From: Auanema rhodensis
Lineage: Eukaryota > Animalia > Nematoda
NCBI GenBank assembly: GCA_964057225.1
Contig: OZ059896.1
Coordinates: forward strand, 6,076,001-6,140,000
DNA: 64,000 bases
Direction of reading: 5' to 3'
In this document: positions 1-11,400 of the stretch, piece after piece
Position numbering within the stretch: position 1 is the stretch's first letter
Layout of the letters: each line of letters begins with the position of its first letter
Notes under the pieces: generated by a model
The model's database searches: none
Told to the model about the DNA's origin: nothing
The model's input: only the letters and a program-made list of their open reading frames with translations
Made by a program: the position numbers and the translations under genes

Positions 1-51
1 AATTTATGCTAATTAAATGTACACGTGATGTGCACTTGGTATGTCACTCGC

Positions 52-61
52 TTCACGTGAA
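52..61. other. Perfect 10-bp palindrome TTCACGTGAA (E-box/G-box core CACGTG), present in most monomers
   Basis: Direct reading; protein binding is not shown. Confidence 0.9.
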
Positions 62-140
62 AGATGAAGAGATGCGGTTTTCAAAATTAGATTCCCCATG
101 TCCATATTAGTCTAAAAACAAATTTTTATTGATATTGGTG

Positions 141-153
141 CATGGTAACCATG
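141..153. other. 13-bp interrupted palindrome CATGGT-A-ACCATG (contains BstEII site GGTNACC); 15 bp in the GGTTCATGG allele
   Basis: CATGGT is the reverse complement of ACCATG. Confidence 0.9.
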
Positions 154-165
154 ACTTTGAAATTT

Positions 166-202
166 ACGTGTACTTTAATTTATGCTAATTAAATGTACAC
201 GT
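166..202. other. Junction-spanning imperfect inverted repeat ACGTGTACTTTAATT-tatgct-AATTAAA(T)GTACACGT, present at every monomer junction (one extra mismatch in the GTGAAC allele)
   Basis: The left arm 166-180 is the reverse complement of 187-202 apart from one bulged T at 194; 6-nt loop. Confidence 0.9.
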
Positions 203-2112
203 GATGTGCACTTGGTATGTAACTCGCTTCACGTGAAAGATAAAGAGATGCGGTTTTCAAAATTAGATTCCCCATGTCCATATTAGTCTAAAAACAAATT
301 TTTATTGATATTGGTTCATGGTAACCATGACTTTGAAATTTACGTGTACTTTAATTTATGCTAATTAAATGTACACGTGATGTGCACTTGGTATGTAACT
401 CGCTTCACGTGAAAGATAAAGAGATGCGGTTTTCAAAATTAGATTCCCCATGTCCATATTAGTCTAAAAACAAATTTTTATTGATATTGGTTCATGGTAA
501 CCATGACTTTGAAATTTACGTGAACTTTAATTTATGCTAATTAAATGTACACTTGATGTGCACTTGATATGTAACTCGCTTCACGTGAAAGATAAAAAGA
601 TGCGGTTTTCAAAATTAGATTCCCCATGTCCATATTAGTCTAAAAACAAATTTTAATTCATATTGGTGCATGGTAACCATGACTTTGAAATTTACGTGAA
701 CTTTAATTTATGCTAATTAAATGTACACGTGATGTGCACTTGGTATGTCACTCGCTTCACGTGAAAGATGAAGAGATGCTGTTTTTAAAATTAGATTCCC
801 CATGTCCATATTAGTCTAAAAACAAATTTTTATTGATATTGGTGCATGGTAACCATGACTTTGAAATTTACGTGAACTTTAATTTATGCTAATTAAATGT
901 ACACGTGATGTGCACCTGGTATGTAACTCGCTTCACGTGAAAGATAAAAAGATGCGGTTTTCAAAATTAGATTCCCCATGTCCATATTAGTCTAAAAACA
1001 AATTTTTATTCATATTGGTGCATGGTAACCATGACTTTGAAATTTACGTGAACTTTAATTTATGCTAATTAAATGTACATGTGATGTGCACCTGGTTTGT
1101 AACTCGCTTCACGTGAAAGATGAAGAGATGCTGTTTTTAAAATTAGATTCCCCATGTCCATATTAGTCTAAAAACAAATTTTTATTGATATTGGTGCATG
1201 GTAACCATGACTTTGAAATTTACGTGAACTTTAATTTATGCTAATTAAATGTACACGTGATGTGCACTTGGTATGTCACTCGCTTCACGTGAAAGATGAA
1301 GAGATGCTGTTTTCAAAATTAGATTCCCCATGTCCATATTAGTCTAAAAACAAATTTTAATTCATATTGGTGCATGGTAACCATGACTTTGAAATTTACG
1401 TGAACTTTAATTTATGCTAATTAAATGTACATGTGATGTGCACCTGGTATGTAACTCGCTTCACGTGAAAGATAAAAAGATGCGGTTTTCAAAATTAGAT
1501 TCCCCATGTCCATATTAGTCTAAAAACAAATTTTTATTGATATTGGTGCATGGTAACCATGACTTTGAAATTTACGTGAACTTTAATTTATGCTAATTAA
1601 ATGTACACGTGATGTGCACTTGGTATGTCACTGGCTTCACGTGAAAGATGAAGAGATGCTGTTTTCAAAATTAGATTCCCCATGTCCATATTAGTCTAAA
1701 AACAAATTTTAATTCATATTGGTGCATGGTAACCATGACTTTGAAATTTACGTGAACTTTAATTTATGCTAATTAAATGTACATGTGATGTGCACCTGGT
1801 ATGTAACTCGCTTCACGTGAAAGATAAAAAGATGCGGTTTTCAAAATTAGATTCCCCATGTCCATATTAGTCTAAAAACAAATTTTTATTCATATTGGTG
1901 CATGGTAACCATGACTTTGAAATTTACGTGAACTTTAATTTATGCTAATTAAATGTACACGTGATGTGCACTTGGTATGTCACTCGCTTCACGTGAAAGA
2001 TGAAGAGATGCTGTTTTTAAAATTAGATTCCCCATGTCCATATTAGTCTAAAAACAAATTTTTATTGATATTGGTGCATGGTAACCATGACTTTGAAATT
2101 TACGTGAACTTT

Positions 2113-2267
2113 AATTTATGCTAATTAAATATACACGTGATGTGCACTTGGTATGTAACTCGCTTCAGTTTTCAAAATTAGATTCCCCATGTCCATATTA
2201 GTCTAAAAACAAATTTTTATTGATATTGGTGCATGGTAACCATGACTTTGAAATTTACGTGAACTTT
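2113..2267 (+). repeat. Truncated 155-bp monomer with a 21-bp internal deletion
   Basis: CGCTTCA|GTTTTC junction at 2167/2168 lacks CGTGAAAGATAAAGAGATGCG; the next monomer starts at 2268. Confidence 0.97.
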
Positions 2268-5259
2268 AATTTATGCTAATTAAATGTACACGTGATGTGC
2301 ACTTGGTATGTAACTCGCTTCACGTGAAAGATAAAGAGATGCGGTTTTCAAAATCAGATTCCCCATGTCCATATTAGTCTAAAAACAAATTTTTATTGAT
2401 ATTGGTGCATGGTAACCATGACTTTGAAATTTACGTGAACTTTAATTTATGCTAATTAAATATACACGTGATGTGCACTTGATATGTAACTCGCTTCACG
2501 TGAAAGATAAAGAGATGCGGTTTTCAAAATTAGATTCCCCATGTCCATATTAGTCTAAAAACAAATTTTTGTTGATATTGGTGCATGGTAACCATGACTT
2601 TGAAATTTACGTGAACTTTAATTTATGCTAATTAAATGTACATGTGATGTGCACCTGCTATGTAACTCGCTTCACGTGAAAGATAAAAAGATAAGGTTTT
2701 CAAAATTAGATTCTCCATGTCCATATTAGTCTAAAAACAAATTTTTATTCATATTGGTGCTTGGTAACCATGACTTTGAAATTTACGTGAACTTTAATTT
2801 ATGCTAATTAAATATAAACGTGATGTGCACTTGGTATGTAACTCGCTTCACGTGGAAAATAAAGAGATGCGGTTTTCAAAATTAGATTCCCCATTTCCAT
2901 ATTAGTCTAAAAACAAATTTTTATTGATATTGGTGCATGGTAACCATGACTTTGAAATTTACGTGAACTTTAATTTATGCTAATTAAATGTACACGTGAT
3001 GTGCACTTGGTATGTCACTCGCTTCACGTGAAAGATGAAGAGAGGCGGTTTTCAAAATTAGATTCCCCATGTCCATATTAGTCTAAAAACAAATTTTTAT
3101 TGATATTGGTGCATGGTAACCATGACTTTGAAATTTACGTGTACTTTAATTTATGCTAATTAAATGTACCCGTGATGTGCACTTGGTATGTAACTCGCTT
3201 CACGTAAAAGATAAAGAGATGCGGTTTTCAAAATTAGATTCCCCATTTCCATATTAGTCTAAAAACAAATTTTTATTGATATTGGTTCATGGTAACCATG
3301 ACTTTGAAATTTACGTGAACTTTAATTTATGCTAATTAAATGTACACGTGATGTGCACTTGGTATGTAACTCGCTTCACGTGAAAGATAAAGAGATGCGG
3401 TTTTCAAAATTAGATTCCCCATTTCCATATTAGTCTAAAAACAAATTTTTATTGATATTGGTGCATGGTAACCATGACTTTGAAATTTACGTGAACTTTA
3501 ATTTATGCTAATTAAATGTACACGTGATGTGCACTTGGCATGTAACTCGCTTCACGTGAAAGATAAAGAGATGCGGTTTTCAAAATTAGATTCCCCATGT
3601 CCATATTAGTCTAAAAACAAATTTTTATTGATATTGGTGCATGGTAACCATGACTTTGAAATTTACGTGAACTTTAATTTATGCTAATTAAATGTACACG
3701 TGATGTGCACTTGGTATGTAACTCGCTTCACGTGAAAGATAAAGAGATGCGGTTTTCAAAATTAGATTTCTCATGTCCATATTAGTCTTAAAACAAATTT
3801 TTATTGATATTGGTGCATGGTAACCATGACTTTGAAATTTACGTGAACTTTAGTTTATGCTAATTAAATGTACACGTGATGTGCACTTGGTATGTCACTC
3901 GCTTCACGTGAAAGATGAAGAGATGCGGTTTTCAAATTTAGATTCCCCATGTCCATATTAATCTAAAAACAAATTTTTATTGATATTGGTGCATGGTAAC
4001 CATGACTTTGAAATTTACGTGTACTTTAATTTATGCTAATTAAATGTACACGTGATGTGCACTTGGTATGTAACTCGCTTCACGTGAAAGATAAAGAGAT
4101 TCGGTTTTCAAAACTAGATTCCCCATTTCCATATTAGTCTAAAAACAAATTTTTATTGATATTGGTGCATGGTAACCATGACTTTGAAATTTACGTGAAC
4201 TTTAATTTATGCTAATTAAATGTACACGTGATGTGCACTTGGTATGTAACTCGCTTCACGTGAAAGATAAAGAGATGCGAATTTCAAAATTAGATTCCCC
4301 ATGTCCATATTAGTCTAAAAACAAATTTTTATTGATATTGGTGCATGGTAACCATGACTTTGAAATTTACGTGTACTTTAATTTATGCTAATTAAAAGTA
4401 CACGTGATGTGCACTTGGTATGTAACTCGCTTCACGTGAAAGATAAAGAGATGCGGTTTTCAAAATTAGATTCCCCATTTCCATATTAGTCTAAAAACAA
4501 ATTTTTATTGATATTGGTTCATGGTAACCATGACTTTGAAATTTACGTGAACTTTAATTTATGCTAATTAAATGTACACGTGATGTGCACTTGGTATGTA
4601 ACTCGCTTCACGTGAAAGATAAAGAGATGCGGTTTTCAAAATTAGATTCCCCATTTCCATATTAGTCTAAAAACAAATTTTTATTGATATTGGTGCATGG
4701 TAACCATGACTTTGAAATTTACGTGAACTTTAATTTATGCTAATTAAATGTACACGTGATGTGCACTTGCTATGTCACTCGCTTCACGTGAAAGATGAAG
4801 AGATGCGGTTTTCAAAATTAGATTCCCCATGTCCATATTAATCTAAAAACAAATTTTTATTGATATTGGTGCATGGTAACCATGACTTTGAAATTTACGT
4901 GAACTTTAATTTATGCTAATTAAATGTACACGTGATGTGCACTTGGTATGTCACTCGCTTCACGTGAAAGATGAAGAGATGCGGTTTTCAAATTTAGATT
5001 CCCCATGTCCATATTAATCTAAAAACAAATTTTTATTGATATTGGTGCATGGTAACCATGACTTTGAAATTTACGTGTACTTTAATTTATGCTAATTAAA
5101 TGTACACGTGATGTGCACTTGGTATGTAACTCGCTTCACGTGAAAGATAAAGAGATTCGGTTTTCAAAACTAGATTCCCCATTTCCATATTAGTCTAAAA
5201 ACAAATTTTTCTTGATATTGGTGCATGGTAACCATGACTTTGAAATTTACGTGAACTTT

Positions 5260-8200
5260 AATTTATGCTAATTAAATGTACATGTGATGTGCACCTGGTA
5301 TGTAACTCGCTTCACGTGAAAGATAAAAAGATGCGGTTTTCAAAATTAGATTCCCCATGTCCATATTAGTCTAAAAACAAATTTTTATTCATATTGGTGC
5401 ATGGTAACCATGACTTTGAAATTTACGTGAACTTTAATTTATGCTAATTAAATATACACGTGATGTGCACTTGATATGTAACTCGCTTCACGTGAAAGAT
5501 AAAGAGAAGCGGTTTTCAAAATTAGATTCCCCATGTCCATATTAGTCTAAAAACAAATTTTTATTGATATTGGTGCATGGTAACCATGACTTTGAAATTT
5601 ACGTGTACTTTAATTTATGCTAATTAAAAGTACACGTGATGTGCACTTGGTATGTAACTCGCTTCACGTGAAAGATAAAGAGATGCGGTTTTCAAAATTA
5701 GATTCCCCATTTCCATATTAGTCTAAAAACAAATTTTTATTGATATTGGTTCATGGTAACCATGACTTTGAAATTTACGTGAACTTTAATTTATGCTAAT
5801 TAAATGTACACGTGATGTGCACTTGGTATGTAACTCGCTTCACGTGAAAGATAAAGAGATGCGGTTTTCAAAATTAGATTCCCCATTTCCATATTAGTCT
5901 AAAAACAAATTTTTATTGATATTGGTGCATGGTAACCATGACTTTGAAATTTACGTGAACTTTAATTTATGCTAATTAAATGTACACGTGATGTGCACTT
6001 GCTATGTCACTCGCTTCACGTGAAAGATGAAGAGATGCGGTTTTCAAAATTAGATTCCCCATGTCCATATTAATCTAAAAACAAATTTTTATTGATATTG
6101 GTGCATGGTAACCATGACTTTGAAATTTACGTGAACTTTAATTTATGCTAATTGAATGTACACGTGATGTGCACTTGGTATGTAACTCGCTTCACGTGAA
6201 AGATAAAGAGATGCGGTTTTCAAAACTAGATTCCCCATTTCCATATTAGTCTAAAAACAAATTTTTATTGATATTGGTGCATGGTAACCATGACTTTGAA
6301 ATTTACGTGAACTTTAATTTATGCTAATTAAATGTACACGTGATGTGCACTTGGTATGTAACTCGCTTCACGTGAAAGATAAAGAGATGCGAATTTCAAA
6401 ATTAGATTCCCCATGTCCATATTAGTCTAAAAACAAATTTTTATTGATATTGGTGCATGGTAACCATGACTTTGAAATTTACGTGAACTTTAATTTATGC
6501 TAATTAAATATACACCTGATGTGCACTTGGTATGTAACTCGCTTCACGTGAAAGATAAAGAGATGCGGTTTTCAAAATTAGATTCCCCATTTCCATATTA
6601 GTCTAAAAACAAATTTTTATTGATATTGGTGCATGGTAACCATGACTTTGAAATTTACGTGAACTTTAATTTATGCTAATTAAATGTACACGTGATGTGC
6701 ACTTGATATGTAACTCGCTTCACGTGAAAGATGAAGAGATGCGGTTTTCAAAATTAGATTCCCCATGTCCATATTAATCTAAAAACAAATTTTTATTGAT
6801 ATTGGTGCATGGTAACCATGACTTTGAAATTTACGTGAACTTTAATTTATGCTAATTAAATGTACATGTGATGTGCACCTGGTATGTAACTCGCTTCACG
6901 TGAAAGATAAAAAGATGCGGTTTTCAAAATTAGATTCCCCATGTCCATATTAGTCTAAAAACAAATTTTTATTCATATTGGTGCATGGTAACCATGACTT
7001 TGAAATTTACGTGAACTTTAATTTATGCTAATTAAATATACACGTGATGTGCACTTGATATGTAACTCGCTTCACGTGAAAGATAAAGAGAAGCGGTTTT
7101 CAAAATTAGATTCCCCATGTCCATATTAGTCTAAAAACAAATTTTTATTGATATTGGTGCATGGTAACCATGACTTTGAAATTTACGTGTACTTTAATTT
7201 ATGCTAATTAAAAGTACACGTGATGTGCACTTGGTATGTAACTCGCTTCACGTGAAAGATAAAGAGATGCGGTTTTCAAAATTAGATTCCCCATTTCCAT
7301 ATTAGTCTAAAAACAAATTTTTATTGATATTGGTTCATGGTAACCATGACTTTGAAATTTACGTGAACTTTAATTTATGCTAATTAAATGTACACGTGAT
7401 GTGCACTTGGTATGTAACTCGCTTCACGTGAAAGATAAAGAGATGCGGTTTTCAAAATTAGATTCCCCATTTCCATATTAGTCTAAAAACAAATTTTTAT
7501 TGATATTGGTGCATGGTAACCATGACTTTGAAATTTACGTGAACTTTAATTTATGCTAATTAAATGTACACGTGATGTGCACTTGCTATGTCACTCGCTT
7601 CACGTGAAAGATGAAGAGATGCGGTTTTCAAAATTAGATTCCCCATGTCCATATTAATCTAAAAACAAATTTTTATTGATATTGGTGCATGGTAACCATG
7701 ACTTTGAAATTTACGTGAACTTTAATTTATGCTAATTGAATGTACACGTGATGTGCACTTGGTATGTAACTCGCTTCACGTGAAAGATAAAGAGATGCGG
7801 TTTTCAAAACTAGATTCCCCATTTCCATATTAGTCTAAAAACAAATTTTTATTGATATTGGTGCATGGTAACCATGACTTTGAAATTTACGTGAACTTTA
7901 ATTTATGCTAATTAAATGTACACGTGATGTGCACTTGGTATGTAACTCGCTTCACGTGAAAGATAAAGAGATGCGAATTTCAAAATTAGATTCCCCATGT
8001 CCATATTAGTCTAAAAACAAATTTTTATTGATATTGGTGCATGGTAACCATGACTTTGAAATTTACGTGAACTTTAATTTATGCTAATTAAATATACACC
8101 TGATGTGCACTTGGTATGTAACTCGCTTCACGTGAAAGATAAAGAGATGCGGTTTTCAAAATTAGATTCCCCATTTCCATATTAGTCTAAAAACAAATTT

Positions 8201-8427
8201 TTATTGATATTGGTGCATGGTAACCATGACTTTGAAATTTACGTGAACTTTAATTTATGCTAATTAAATGTACACGTGATGTGCACTTGATATGTAACTC
8301 GCTTCACGTGAAAGATGAAGAGATGCGGTTTTCAAAATTAGATTCCCCATGTCCATATTAATCTAAAAACAAATTTTTATTGATATTGGTGCATGGTAAC
8401 CATGACTTTGAAATTTACGTGAACTTT
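5260..8427 (+). repeat. Tandem duplication of a 9-monomer block (1584 bp x2)
   Basis: Rare variants recur at +1584: GAGAAGC 5508/7092, ATTGAATG 6154/7738, CACCTGAT 6516/8100. Confidence 0.92.
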
Positions 8428-11400
8428 AATTTATGCTAATTAAATGTACACGTGATGTGCACTTGGTATGTAACTCGCTTCACGTGAAAGATAAAGAGAT
8501 GCGGTTTTCAAAACTAGATTCCCCATTTCCATATTAGTCTAAAAACAAATTTTTATTCATATTGGTGCTTGGTAACCATGACTTTGAAATTTACGTGAAC
8601 TTTAATTTATGCTAATTAAATATAAACGTGATGTGCACTTGGTATGTAACTCGCTTCACGTGGAAAATAAAGAGATGCGGTTTTCAAAATTAGATTCCCC
8701 ATGTCCATATTAGTCTAAAAACAAATTTTTATTGATATTGGTGCATGGTAACCATGACTTTGAAATTTACGTGTACTTTAATTTATGCTAATTAAATATA
8801 CACGTGATGTGCACTTGGTATGTAACTCGCTTCACGTGAAAGATAAAGAGATGCGGTTTTCAAAATTAGATTCCCCATGTCCATATTAGTCTAAAAACAA
8901 ATTTTTATTGATATTGGTGCATGGTAACCATGACTTTGAAATTTACGTGAACTTTAATTTATGCTAATTAAATGTACACGTGATGTGCACTTGGTATGTC
9001 ACTCGCTTCACGTGAAAGATGAAGAGATGCGGTTTTCAAAATTAGATTCCCCATGTCCATATTAATCTAAAAACAAATTTTTATTGATATTGGTGCATGG
9101 TAACCATGACTTTGCAATTTGCGTGAACTTTAATTTATGCTAATTAAATATACACGTGATGTGCACTTGGTATGTAACTCGCTTCACGTGAAAGATAAAG
9201 AGATGCGGTTTTCAAAATTAGATTCCCCATGTCCATATTAGTCTAAAAACAAATTTTTATTGATATTGGTGCATGGTAACCATGACTTTGAAATTTACGT
9301 GAACTTTAATTTATGCTAATTAAATGTACACTTGATGTGCACCTGGTATGTAACTCGCTTCACGTGAAAGATAAAAAGATAAGGTTTTCAAAATTAAATT
9401 CCCCATGTCCATATTAGTCTAAAAACAAATTTTTATTCATATTGGTGCTTGGTAACCATGACTTTGAAATTTACGTGAACTTTAATTTATGCTAATTAAA
9501 TATAAACGTGATGTGCACTTGGTATGTAACTCGCTTCACGTGGAAAATAAAGAGATGCGGTTTTCAAAATTAGATTCCCCATGTCCATATTAGTCTAAAA
9601 ACAACTTTTATTGATATTGGTGCATGGTAACCATGACTTTGAAATTTACGTGAACTTTAATTTATGCTAATTAAATATACACGTGATGTGCACTTGATAT
9701 GTAACTCGCTTCACGTGAAAGATAAAGAGATGCGGTATTCAAAATTAGATTCCCCATGTCCATATTAGTCTAAAAACAAATTTTTATTGATATTGGTGCA
9801 TGGTAACCATGACTTTGAAATTTACGTGAACTTTAATTTATGCTAATTAAATGTACACTTGATGTGCACCTGGTATGTAACTCGCTTCACGTGAAAGATA
9901 AAAAGATAAGGTTTTCAAAATTAGATTCCCCATGTCCATATTAGTCTAAAAACAAATTTTTATTCATATTGGTGCTTGGTAACCATGACTTTGAAATTTA
10001 CGTGAACTTTAATTTATGCTAATTAAATATAAACGTGATATGCACTTGGTATGTAACTCGCTTCACGTGGAAAATAAAGAGATGCGGTTTTCAAAATTAG
10101 ATTCCCCATGTCCATATTAGTCTAAAAACAAATTTTTATTGATATTGGTGCATGGTAACCATGACTTTGAAATTTACGTGAACTTTAATTTATGCTAATT
10201 AAATGTACACGTGATGTGCACTTGGTATGTAACTCGCTTCACGTGAAAGATGAAGAGATGCGGTTTTCAAAATTAGATTCCCCATGTCCATATTAGTCTA
10301 AAAACAAATTTTTTATTGATATTGGTGCATGGTAACCATGACTTTGCAATTTACGTGAACTTTAATTTATGCTAATTAAATGTACACTTGATGTGCACTT
10401 GATATGTAACTCGCTTCACGTGAAAGATAAAGAGATGCGGTTTTCAAAATTAGATTCCCCATGTCCATATTAATCTAAAAACAAATTTTTATTGATATTG
10501 GTGCATGGTAACCATGACTTTGCAATTTGCGTGAACTTTAATTTATGCTAATTAAATGTACACGTGATGTGCACTTGGTATGTAACTCGCTTCACGTGAA
10601 AGATAAAAAGATGCGGTTTTCAAAATTAGATTCCCCATTTCCATATTAGTCTAAAAACAAATTTTTATTCATATTGGTGCTTGGTAACCATGACTTTGAA
10701 ATTTACGTGTACTTTAATTTATGCTAATTAAATGTACACGTGATGTGCACTTGGTATGTAACTCGCTTCACGTGAAAGATAAAAAGATGCGGTTTTCAAA
10801 ATTAGATTCCCCATTTCCATATTAGTCTAAAAACAAATTTTTATTGATATTGGTTCATGGTAACCATGACTTTGAAATTTACGTGTACTTTAATTTATGC
10901 TAATTAAATATAAACGTGATGTGCACTTGGTATGTAACTCGCTTCACGTGAAAGATAAAGAGATGCGGTTTTCAAAATTAGATTCCCCATGTCCATATTA
11001 GTCTAAAAACAAATTTTTATTGATATTGGTTCATGGTAACCATGACTTTGAAATTTACGTGTACTTTAATTTATGCTAATTAAATGTACACTTGATGTGC
11101 ACCTGGTATGTACCTCGCTTCACGTGAAAGATAAAAAGATAAGGTTTTCAAAATTAGATTCCCCATGTCCATATTAGTCTAAAAACAAATTTTTTATTGA
11201 TATTGGTGCATGGTAACCATGACTTTGAAATTTACGTGTACTTTAATTTATGCTAATTAAATGTACACGTGATGTGCACTTGGTATGTAACTCGCTTCAC
11301 GTGGAAAATAAAGAGATGCGGTTTTCAAAATTAGATTCCCCATGTCCATATTAGTCTAAAAACAAATTTTTATTGATATTGGTTCATGGTAACCATGACT

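Larger units (their letters stand above)
1..176 (+). repeat. Representative monomer (arbitrary phase), consensus ~32% GC
   Basis: Direct reading; 57 G+C in the 176-nt consensus by hand count. Confidence 0.98.

Noticed and set aside
46-62. CENP-B box-like motif (CTCG....A)
   Set aside because: It does not match NTTCGNNNNANNCGGGN; both TTCG and CGGG are missing.
87-111. Telomere-like TTAG motifs
   Set aside because: Only isolated TTAGA and TTAGT occur; there are no TTAGG or TTAGGG tandem runs.
1-176. Assignment to a known similar-length satellite (Brassica CentBr, Arabidopsis CEN178, primate alpha, honeybee AluI)
   Set aside because: Only the length is similar. I recognise no sequence match, and the consensus lacks AAGCTT and AGCT sites. 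A database search is needed.
1-176. 5S rRNA, tRNA, snRNA or spliced-leader tandem gene unit
   Set aside because: No recognisable Pol III A/B/C boxes, cloverleaf or conserved RNA sequence.
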